A stretch of DNA of 24,073 bases, from NCBI GenBank assembly GCA_038523235.1, contig JBCBJQ010000092.1:1-24073 (forward strand). The letters are read 5' to 3'. Source of the DNA: Cyanobacteria bacterium J06626_4 (GTDB lineage Bacteria; Cyanobacteriota; Cyanobacteriia; Phormidesmidales; Phormidesmidaceae). The first letter of the stretch is position 1, and each line of letters opens with the position of its first letter. Below the pieces are notes generated by a model, which was not told the origin of the DNA, ran no database searches, and was given only the letters and a program-made list of their open reading frames with translations. The translations under genes were made by a program, and so were the position numbers. Below, in pieces: positions 1 to 7,841 of the stretch.

Positions 1-48
1 CTCAAAGGCAGGCCCTATCTGAGATTTGAGGATCTGATTAAAGCTTGA

Positions 49-549
49 ATTGGAAATCGCTTAATTGCACATCACGTACTTAATAAGCTTGAACAAAACT
101 TTGGCGTATCGCTGCCTGAGGAGCTCAAACTCTTCCTGACTCATATCCATGGCGGTGGCCTCGGGCCTGGGTATGGTTTTTACATTTATCCTGACCCCAA
201 GCCGCTTACACGTCGTAGCCAACCGTTTCCTTTCAATTCCGCTATAGCCGCACAAGTCATCAAGGCACGGACAAGCGGTACTGACCGCTGGGCAACCCTT
301 GAGATGCCAGATGACGACGACTATGACGATGATGAGGATGATGACTATCCAGCAGGGGCAGGTTTTATCCCCCTTACGCATCATGGATGTGGTGTTTTTG
401 ATGTACTTGTAACTGCTGGCGAACAACGAGGTTTAGTCTGGTGCTGCGATATACAATGGTTTCCAGTCATCAGTAGAGAAGGTAAGAGTATGGGCTTTCT
501 TGCCTGGTACGAAGATTGGTTAGATCGTTGCACAGGTAATAACAAATAA
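49..549 (+). pseudogene. SMI1/KNR4 (SUKH superfamily) immunity-type protein; 5' end disrupted or non-canonical start
   Basis: Frame 1 is open from 49 to TAA 547-549 and reads LEQNFGVSLPEELKLFLTHIHGGGLGPGYG...FIPLTHHGCGVFDVLVTAGEQRGLVW...FLAWYEDWLD, the typical SMI1/KNR4 motif series. There is an in-frame TGA at 46-48 and no in-frame ATG/GTG/TTG before 304, so the 81-aa ORF in the track is only the C-terminal half. Confidence 0.7.
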
Positions 550-891
550 ATTCTTTGACCAACAAAACTGGCAGCCTAGATTCGAGCCTATAGCTCTTAA
601 TCCATCAGATCTAATGCTGAGTCTGCAGTGGTGTCTGAGAAATATCGATCAACGAATAAAAAGATCGATCGAGTATGAATATCGGATTGTTTAGTTACGA
701 CTAGTATGTGGTGATTCTGACGTCATAGCCTTTCTGGGTCAGGTTGGTTTTAGCGTTATCCACTCACATGGCATTGAGCTTGCCTACCCTTTCTCGGAAG
801 ACTTCGTGAGCATTGATAATAAAAATGTTCTTCATGGCAAAGTTTTTGTGAAAAATGGCAGGTTAGGGCAATAAATTCGCGGCGTCAGCGC

Positions 892-1590
892 TTAGAAACG
901 GGAGGCATTCTCAGCTTCAGAGGAGACCTCATCGCCTTTGCCAAAAAATGCGGGAAAGGGCTTAGGAATGGTGACGGCCTTTTGAGTGGCGGGGCGAGCA
1001 TCAACGCGATCAAACCAGGCTTTTAAGTGATTTAAACCTTTGACTGAAACCTTGGCCCAGGGGTAAGAGCGTGCCCAGGGATACGTCGCCATATCGACAA
1101 TGGTAAAGTCATCTCCGAGCAAATAGGTTTTGCCTGCGAGTTGCTGATCCAACACCTCTAGCAGTCGGCGGGACTCAGTCACATAGCGCTCAATGGCATA
1201 GGGGTCTTCGTTACCTTTGGGGGCGGCAATCCGCTGAAAGTACATGGCCTGGCCCATCATGGGGCCAATGCCAGACATTTGGAACATCAGCCACTGCAGC
1301 GCTGCCGATCTCGCTTTGTCACCGCTGGGCAAAAACTTTTGGTACTTCTCAGCCAAATACCAGAGAATCGCCCCTGACTCAAATACAGCAAAATTATCGT
1401 TACCGCGATCGACAATCGTCGGAATGCGGCCATTGGGATTGAGCCGCATATACCAGTCAGATTTCTGCTCTTTTTTGCCAAAGTCGATATAGGTCAGTTC
1501 ATACTCGACCTCAGCTTCTTCCAAAAAAATAACCGGTTTCCAGCCATTCATCGTGGAGGCAGTGTAGAGATGGATGTCGGGGATAGACAT
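892..1590 (-). CDS. Glutathione S-transferase, YfcG/YghU (Nu-class/Ure2p-like) type
   Basis: LYTASTMNG (TPNG-like), LNPNGRIPTIVD, FESGAILWYLA, QWLMFQMSGIGPMMGQA, YLLGDDFTIVDMATYPW motifs. Confidence 0.93.
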   Translation of the reverse strand: MSIPDIHLYTASTMNGWKPVIFLEEAEVEYELTYIDFGKKEQKSDWYMRLNPNGRIPTIVDRGNDNFAVFESGAILWYLAEKYQKFLPSGDKARSAALQWLMFQMSGIGPMMGQAMYFQRIAAPKGNEDPYAIERYVTESRRLLEVLDQQLAGKTYLLGDDFTIVDMATYPWARSYPWAKVSVKGLNHLKAWFDRVDARPATQKAVTIPKPFPAFFGKGDEVSSEAENASRF

Positions 1591-1727
1591 AGGGATTTCC
1601 TGGCTGGCAATGACTCAATAGTTGGCCGGGCTGCCCAATAGCCCATAGTCCAGCAACAATCGGGACTAATGACCTCGGCTGCTGCCGTGATTTAACATAA
1701 TCAGACTAGTCACTAGAGTCAACCAGT

Positions 1728-1740
1728 TTACTTTTAGTAA
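1728..1740. promoter_or_regulatory. Candidate HxlR-family operator (TTACT-N3-AGTAA)
   Basis: Short inverted repeat TTACTtttAGTAA just upstream of the hxlR-like start, between the divergent genes. Confidence 0.35.
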
Positions 1741-1751
1741 CCACGCATCCC

Positions 1752-2114
1752 ATGAGCACGTCTTTAGACATCACCACTGACGACCAAGGTCGTAAACACG
1801 CTGTAGAGCCCTGTCTCGAACCTTGCCCCATTGAGCGGGGCATGAGAGTTTTGGGGGGCAAATGGAAAGGGTCGATTCTCTGGCATCTAAAAGATGGCCC
1901 AGTCCGGTTCAATGATTTAGCTCGTCAACTGGGAGGCGCCAGCAAAAAAATGGTGACGCAGCGACTCCGCGAAATGGAAGAGGCCGGTTTAGTGACCCGC
2001 GAGGTGGTGAGCGATCGCCCCATTGCCGTCGTTTACGAAATCACTGATTTTGGCAAAACGACCTTGGACTTTCTGGAAACCCTCAAGAATTGGGTAGAGA
2101 AGCACCAGGTTTAG
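1752..2114 (+). CDS. HxlR/DUF24 family winged-helix transcriptional regulator
   Basis: CPIERGMRVLGGKWKGSILWHL...RFNDL...SKKMVTQRLREMEEAGLV...VVYEITDFG; divergent from the GST. Confidence 0.93.
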   Translation: MSTSLDITTDDQGRKHAVEPCLEPCPIERGMRVLGGKWKGSILWHLKDGPVRFNDLARQLGGASKKMVTQRLREMEEAGLVTREVVSDRPIAVVYEITDFGKTTLDFLETLKNWVEKHQV

Positions 2115-2245
2115 ACTGTTATCTGTTAGCTTGCGCCATCTTCGTTGGCGCGGCGACCAAAGCCTTTGATAGGAGCTTCGAGGATGCCTATCGCCTCCCA
2201 ACTTCATCGTTGTACTACCGCGCACAGCTTTAGCACACTGAGACT

Positions 2246-2725
2246 ATGAACTGCGTCATTCGCCCCCTCAAGCTAGAAGATGAACCATTTCTCTGGGAGA
2301 TGTTATACCAGGCTCTGTATATGCCGAAAGGATGTGCGGCACTTCCTCGCGAAGTCGTTCGCCTGCCTGAGCTGGCGCGCTATGTGCAAAGTTGGGGACG
2401 TGAAGGCGATTTTGGCTTCTTGGCCAAGGATGAGATCGCGGATCAGTCTATCGGTGCAATCTGGTTGCGCTTATTGATCGGCGAGAACCCAGGTTACGGT
2501 TATGTGGATGACAACACCCCAGAACTCAGCATCGCAGTTTTGCCTCAGTATCGGGGCCAAGGCGTCGGCACCCAATTGCTCACTCACTTGTTGGCGTCTG
2601 AGTCTGGACAATCATCGATTTCGTTGAGCGTCTCAGCCGATAATCCAGCAGTACGGCTTTATCAGCGTTTCGGATTTGCGATTGTCAGCAAGAGCGATGA
2701 GTCACTCACGATGAAACGCCACTAA
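2246..2725 (+). CDS. GNAT family N-acetyltransferase
   Basis: Motif A IAVLPQYRGQGVGTQLL and motif B SLSVSADNPAVRLYQRFGF; GYGYVDDNTPELSIAV subfamily signature. Confidence 0.92.
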   Translation: MNCVIRPLKLEDEPFLWEMLYQALYMPKGCAALPREVVRLPELARYVQSWGREGDFGFLAKDEIADQSIGAIWLRLLIGENPGYGYVDDNTPELSIAVLPQYRGQGVGTQLLTHLLASESGQSSISLSVSADNPAVRLYQRFGFAIVSKSDESLTMKRH

Positions 2726-2829
2726 CAGGCGATCAGTAGCGGGCTAACAAAGCAAATGCAGCAGATCACGACAACCATGGCATTGAACAACGGCCAAGTC
2801 TCATCGCTATTCTGAAAAAGAAATGCAGT

Positions 2830-3750
2830 GTGGCTGTGATGGAATGGACTGACTTAAAGCGACTTGACAGTCTGATTCGTGATACAGAGGCTTGGGGTGC
2901 AGAGGTTGAAGAGATTGGCGTCTCTAGTGAAGGGCGATCGCTGTATGGCGTCACTGTCGGTGACAGAGATGCTGCTCACACCGTCGTCATTGTGGCTGGC
3001 TGTCACGCCGACGAGATTATCGGCCCGCTGACAGCCGTCTCCATGCTTCAAAGTCTGGTGCAGCAACCCTGGCCAAATGTGAAATTTGGCATTGTCCCGG
3101 TTGCTGATCCAGATTTCTTACATCGCAATGCCAGCGAGCTACCGACGAACGTCACGCTGCGCGATCTCCTCCAGTTAAAGCACTGTCGCGATTTAGAAGG
3201 GCACTTTACGGCAGATACTTACCCTGAGTGCATCGCTATTCGTCAGTGGATGCGAGGATTTGACCGAATTGATGCTTATTTTTCCCTGCACTCAGCCGGT
3301 CTGATTTCACCGGGGCTATTTTTCTATGTCAGTAGGGAGGCTAACTCACGCTGTGTCAATCAGGCGACGAGTGGCGTTACCGCCGCATTACCTGACTACA
3401 TACCGCTGTTATCTCATGATCCCACTGGCCTCTCTCAAACTGTCTTGTCCCCAGGCTTTTTTGAATTAGCGCTTCCTAATGTCCAGGCGTTGAACCAACA
3501 AAATCCAGGGAGTTCTCTGGCTTTTGTGTCTCATTATTTTCAGCCTCAGTTTGTGGCAGCCTCAGAAATGCCCTTAGCCATTTGTCCGGCTTTGCAACAG
3601 GCTGCACTCTCAGAGATCGAGCAATGTAATCGTGAATTCAGACAGACAGGCTATTCCAAGCATCCGTTGCGAGAAATTAGCTTAGACACTCAACTTTCGA
3701 TCATGCGAACTTTGATCACGTCTGTGACTCACTGCATCACTACTGCCTGA
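2830..3750 (+). CDS. M14 family zinc carboxypeptidase-like protein (start GTG 2830 or ATG 2839)
   Basis: IGVSSEGRSL, VAGCHADE (HxxE zinc ligands), VPVADPD, FSLHS (third ligand), C-terminal SEMP candidate catalytic Glu. Confidence 0.8.
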   Translation: MAVMEWTDLKRLDSLIRDTEAWGAEVEEIGVSSEGRSLYGVTVGDRDAAHTVVIVAGCHADEIIGPLTAVSMLQSLVQQPWPNVKFGIVPVADPDFLHRNASELPTNVTLRDLLQLKHCRDLEGHFTADTYPECIAIRQWMRGFDRIDAYFSLHSAGLISPGLFFYVSREANSRCVNQATSGVTAALPDYIPLLSHDPTGLSQTVLSPGFFELALPNVQALNQQNPGSSLAFVSHYFQPQFVAASEMPLAICPALQQAALSEIEQCNREFRQTGYSKHPLREISLDTQLSIMRTLITSVTHCITTA

Positions 3751-3990
3751 GACGGCATTGGAGCCAAACCAGGAAACACTGCACCTTTCACAGCCATCAA
3801 GGCAACACTGACATCGCCCTGAGCTTAATTGACTAGCCCGCTGACCGCCGCCCGATCGCGGCATAATTGAGTTTGATACAACTGGACAATCCCCAGCTAG
3901 TTGGCCGGTATCGTTGAATCGCCGCTACCTCCCCCAGAAAGTAGCGCTCGCCCCTTGCCTCAGCGATGGCTATGAACCTAATCTCAACTT

Positions 3991-5374
3991 ATGACCCACT
4001 ACGAGGTTCCTCTCATGTTGTCCGCGATCGCGTCCAAAGCCGATACCGATAAGCAGACTACCTATTTTCGCTGCAGCGCCGGCTGTCCTGGCAAACACTC
4101 AATCTACGACGTGATCTACACCTGCCCCATTTGCGGCAGTCTGCTTGAAGTACACCATGACCGCGAACCGCTCAAACAGCGCAACGCCCAACAGTGGCAG
4201 CACCTCTTCAGCTCGCGCGCCAGCACTACCACCTGGCCCTACGGGAGCGGCGTCTGGGGTATGCGAGAGTGGGTGATTCCTGACTTAGCGGACGAAAACA
4301 TCGTCAGCATGTTTGAAGGCAACACCAACTTATTTTGGGCTGAACGCCTCGGCCAGCAGCTTGGCGTCCCCGACCTGTGGATCAAACTCTGCGGCAACAG
4401 CCACACCGGCAGCTTTAAAGATCTGGGCATGACGGTGTTGGTCAGCGTCGTCAAACAAATGATGGCCCGGGGCAGCACAGTTAAAGCCGTGGCCTGCGCC
4501 AGCACCGGTGACACCAGCGCCGCCCTTGCCGCCTATGCCGCCTACGCGGGCATTCCCGCCGTCATCTTTTTACCGGCGGGTAAAGTCAGCACGGCACAGC
4601 TGATTCAACCGGTCGCTAACGGAGCACACGTGCTTGCTCTCGACACCGACTTCGACGGCTGCATGAAAATTGTCAAAGAGGTCACTCAGGACAATTCCAT
4701 CTACCTAGCCAACTCGATGAACAGCCTGCGCATCGAAGGCCAAAAAACCGTCGGCATTGAAATCATTCGGCAGTTTGATTGGGCCGTGCCCGACTGGATC
4801 ATCATTCCGGTGGGCAACCTGGGCAACATCAGTGCTCTGCACAAAGGCTTCAAGCTGATGATGGATCTGGGCTTGATTACGCGCATGCCCCGGCTCGTCG
4901 CCGCTCAATCTGCCAAGGCCAATCCCTTCTATGAATCCTTCAAAAACGGTTTCAAAGAAAAGAACACCGTGACCGCCCAAGACACGTTGGCCAGCGCCAT
5001 TCGCATTGGTGACCCGGTGAGCTATACCAAAGCGACGAAGGCGATCGCTGAAACAGACGGCATCGTCGAGCAAGCCACCGAAAACGAACTGGCCGCCGCT
5101 GCCGCCCATGCGGATTTGACCGGCATGTTCACCTGCCCTCACACCGGCGTTGCCTTGGCTGTCATGACCAAATTAATCAAGCGGGGCGTGATCAAGTCTA
5201 GTGACAAAACGGTGGTGATTAGCACCGCCCACGGTCTGAAGTTCACCGATTTCAAAGTGGGCTAACGAATCAACGCTGAAAGACGTCACTAGCGAATACC
5301 CCAACCCCGCTGTGCATTTGCCTGCCGATGCGGATGCCGTGAAAGCAGAAATTGAAAAACGGCTAAATCATTAA
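3991..5374 (+). pseudogene. thrC: Threonine synthase (plant-like type), frameshifted near 3' end (main ORF 3991-5265; natural C-terminus continues 5267-5374 in another frame)
   Basis: [13 protein letters not shown]-lysine motif, [44 protein letters not shown] at 5263-5265 is followed by an out-of-frame ESTLKDVTSEYPNPAVHLPADADAVKAEIEKRLNH* that matches the expected C-terminal tail. The start may be ATG 4015. Confidence 0.85.
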
Positions 5375-5375
5375 G

Positions 5376-5499
5376 AGTCTGCTAAGCAATAACGTGCCCC
5401 AGAACCCGGTTTCTAGGAAGTCAACAGTCGCCAACAAGCTTTTCGTAGAAACCGGATGCTTCAGGTGGGATATTTTTGATTTTGGATTGCTTTCAGCAG
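5376..5499. repeat. Nested inverted-repeat element (REP/MITE-like)
   Basis: Inner arms CCGGTTTCTAgGAA (5406-5419) / TTCgTAGAAACCGG (5442-5455); weaker outer arms CTGCT--AAGCAAT (5379-5390) / ATTGCTTTCAGCAG (5486-5499). Confidence 0.55.
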
Positions 5500-5636
5500 C
5501 TGATTACGATTGACTAAAAACGGCTTCGTAGAGATCAGTCAGGGCAAGGGTGACAGCCACTGGCTGTATTTTTCTAGATTGTTTGTTGCCGTGAGAGCAG
5601 TTTTTGCACCATAAGGCTCCGGCTCCGTTCACTATG

Positions 5637-5684
5637 GCAATTGAGCATTAACCTTCAGCTTCGGCGCAGTTAATGCTCAATTGC
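5637..5684. terminator. Perfect 16-bp stem-loop at the end of the minus-strand operon
   Basis: GCAATTGAGCATTAAC (5637-5652) / GTTAATGCTCAATTGC (5669-5684) with a 16-nt loop; overlaps the stop codon at 5677-5679. No U-tract, so the terminator function is uncertain. Confidence 0.55.
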
Positions 5685-6345
5685 TGCGATCGCGCCTTTC
5701 CATCACCGCTTGATGAGCGATCGCAGCAGCCCAAATATGCAATTCATCCGCCGCCGCCCGCCAAGACCCCTGAGCGATCGCGGTAATTTCGTGAGCCGTT
5801 GCCGACGACAGATTCACACCACAGGGCACCGTCGGCAAGCGCACCGCTTGAATTTGCCGCTCGGCCCAAATCCTCAGTGTGGTTGCCTCTAAAGGCGGCA
5901 AGCGAATCGTTTGAACCGCCAAACCCGAGAATTTGGCTAGACGGCTCAGATCGGTGTGGGTACCTACGACAAGGGTAGCTCGGGTGCGAGCGGCCCGCCC
6001 CAATGCCGCCAACAGTAGGGGAACGGGAATGCGATCGGCTTCATCCCAGTAGGCAATGTTTTGGACTGGGGGCACCTTAAAGCGGCCCCAACCCGGAGGG
6101 TAGTAAGCATAGATGCCGCCAGTTTGGGCTTGCCAATAGCGCAGATGGGCCGTCTTGCCAAAGCCTTTGTTACCCAGGACTTGCACCAACTGCTGAGCCG
6201 CTGGCACAGGAGCCTGAGACCAGCCGCGATCGATCCATAACCTGGGAGTCATCACCGGCTCGCCCAGGGCAAAGGGATTGGCGTGCCAGCCCAAGGCGAG
6301 ATAGGGGTTGAGCGCGAACTTGGGGTTGAGACGCAGCGAAGTCAT
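5677..6345 (-). CDS. Small P-loop NTPase (AAA+/STAND/ExeA-like), ~222 aa
   Basis: The ATG at 6345 overlaps the upstream TGA (ATGA). N-terminal NPY...NPF, Walker A GNKGFGKT, Walker B AYWDEAD, sensor-like LVVGTH, and GSWR in the lid region. Confidence 0.75.
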   Translation of the reverse strand: MTSLRLNPKFALNPYLALGWHANPFALGEPVMTPRLWIDRGWSQAPVPAAQQLVQVLGNKGFGKTAHLRYWQAQTGGIYAYYPPGWGRFKVPPVQNIAYWDEADRIPVPLLLAALGRAARTRATLVVGTHTDLSRLAKFSGLAVQTIRLPPLEATTLRIWAERQIQAVRLPTVPCGVNLSSATAHEITAIAQGSWRAAADELHIWAAAIAHQAVMERRDRSN

Positions 6346-6710
6346 CGCGGCATCACCAGGAACGGCCAGGTTTGGGTGTGGTCGCGTTTTGACGAGCGCG
6401 GCAGTTTCACCCAGGCTTGCACCGCCCAAATGACGCGAATCAACGAACCGTTATAAGTAATGGGACCGCGATGGGGAATCGTCACCGCAAAGGGAAAATC
6501 GACCCTTTGGTCACGAATAAGCTGCTCTGGCTGCAAGGGGATGGTGAAAATTGTCTGCTCGTCGCGATCGCCCCGCCCCTCGGTATACCAATGGACAACG
6601 GCACTGGCCTGGCGGGGGAGATGGCGATCGGGGGAATACCAAATGAGCTTCCCCGACAGCTCGTTGCCGACAGTTACCAGCTTGTTGTGAAAATGCATCT
6701 CAAACATCAC
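6342..6710 (-). CDS. Hypothetical protein, stand-alone arrestin-N/Spo0M-like beta-sandwich
   Basis: The GTG at 6710 overlaps the upstream stop (GTGA). VTVGNELSGKLIW...VHWYTEGRGDRD...FPFAVTIPHRGPITYNGSLIRVIWAVQAWV resembles the arrestin-like 'F.F..P...P.S/T..G....I.Y/W.v.a' signature. Confidence 0.7.
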   Translation of the reverse strand: MMFEMHFHNKLVTVGNELSGKLIWYSPDRHLPRQASAVVHWYTEGRGDRDEQTIFTIPLQPEQLIRDQRVDFPFAVTIPHRGPITYNGSLIRVIWAVQAWVKLPRSSKRDHTQTWPFLVMPR

Positions 6711-7408
6711 ACCGCCTCCGGCACAACTTCAAAGCGAAAGTGCATCGTATCTTGAGGAATGCCGGGCACATCGACACTAATATGAATTTCCCAGCGCACC
6801 TGATTATGCTTAGCATCAAAGGAGGGCGGCCCTTCTGGCAAAACGGTCAGCTTCGTCTCATAGGTGACCACCTGAGTGCCCATCGAAATGGTCATCAGGG
6901 GCAAATCCTGCTCCCAAAGCAGGTGGGTTCTGGTTTCAGTGTCGGTGCCCTGACGATATTGCACCCATTCATAGCAGAGCCATTTCGCGGTGATTTCTCC
7001 TGAGCCCTGGGTATAGCCGCGGCGCAAGGGGCGACGAAACTGCAGTCTAAAGGTCTCTCCCGTTCTCAACGGATAGGACGCTAAGAGAACTTCTCCCGGA
7101 TGGAATGTAGAAATGATTTTTAGCCAGCGCAGCCCCTTCCAGATCATCCCGACGCCCGCTCCGGCAAACACGCCCACAAACAGCAGCATGAGAAACGTTC
7201 CCACATGAGGCGCAGTCAGAAAGTTGAACAGCCATACGGCAAAGAACGCAAATGAAGTGCCGCACCAAAGCAGAGCAAACAAAAAGCTCCCTAAAAAATT
7301 ATCTTCAGACCAGGCTCCTTTGGCATCAACCCACAAAAATCCTTCGGGGACTCGCTCCGGCGCAATTAAGCGCCCATCCGAGAGTTGATCTGTTGTTAGC
7401 GTTGACAT
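6707..7408 (-). CDS. Membrane protein with two TM helices and a C-terminal arrestin-like domain (~233 aa)
   Basis: Probable start ATG 7408 (MSTLTTDQ). Hydrophobic hairpin FLFALLWCGTSFAFFAVWLF / FLMLLFVGVFAGAGVGMIW, then PLRTGETFRLQF...WLCYEWVQYRQGTDT...VLPEGPPSFDAKHNQVRWEIHISV. Confidence 0.75.
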   Translation of the reverse strand: MSTLTTDQLSDGRLIAPERVPEGFLWVDAKGAWSEDNFLGSFLFALLWCGTSFAFFAVWLFNFLTAPHVGTFLMLLFVGVFAGAGVGMIWKGLRWLKIISTFHPGEVLLASYPLRTGETFRLQFRRPLRRGYTQGSGEITAKWLCYEWVQYRQGTDTETRTHLLWEQDLPLMTISMGTQVVTYETKLTVLPEGPPSFDAKHNQVRWEIHISVDVPGIPQDTMHFRFEVVPEAV

Positions 7409-7841
7409 GGCAATGAACGCCTTTGTGTAGTGAAACAGGGAACGATAGGGCGATCGCAACTCTGAGGCGCGATGCCCGGTAACATCCTGCAGACGGGCCA
7501 GCTCGATCTCAGGTAATGCTTGAGCTGGGGACGGCGGAGCCAGGCATTCTCCTGAATCCAGTTGTCCCCTCTGCGGAAAAATACACGCTGTTTTATGCAC
7601 TTTACAGACATCGCGATAAACCTCTCAGCAGGCCGAATAAACCGTGTTTTATCGTCCAGCGGCCGTAGACGAGCTAAACATTCTGCTACAAAAGAAAATG
7701 CCTAGGATACTGCCATGAAACCACCCGAAAATCGACTGTCTTGAGTTGAGCGCAGCCATTCAAAGACTACTGGCTGAATCGACGCTTGCAGCAGGCTCAA
7801 CCCAGACTGAATCCATTGCAATGAGCCCAACGCACCGCCCG

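Noticed and set aside
61..426. 121-aa minus-strand ORF with a hydrophobic IVIILIIVIVVVI stretch
   Set aside because: Antisense shadow of the GAT/GAC Asp tract in the SMI1/KNR4 frame.
2742..2775. GGCTAACAAAGCAAATGCAGCAGATC after the GNAT gene resembles the start of an integron attC site
   Set aside because: The R'' box does not fit RYYYAAC, no matching GTTRRRY arm is visible downstream, and there is no integrase in the window.
3830..3990. Small hairpins upstream of thrC (e.g. CGCTAC...GTAGCG) as a possible riboswitch or attenuator
   Set aside because: No recognisable SAM/T-box consensus or Thr-rich leader peptide; an Rfam scan would be needed.
6346..6429. N-terminal extension of the ATPase ORF
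   Set aside because: Overlaps the upstream gene; the ATGA-coupled ATG at 6345 is more plausible.
7409..7600. 64-aa N-terminal extension of the membrane arrestin-like ORF
   Set aside because: Does not look protein-like and probably covers the promoter; ATG 7408 is preferred, though not proven.
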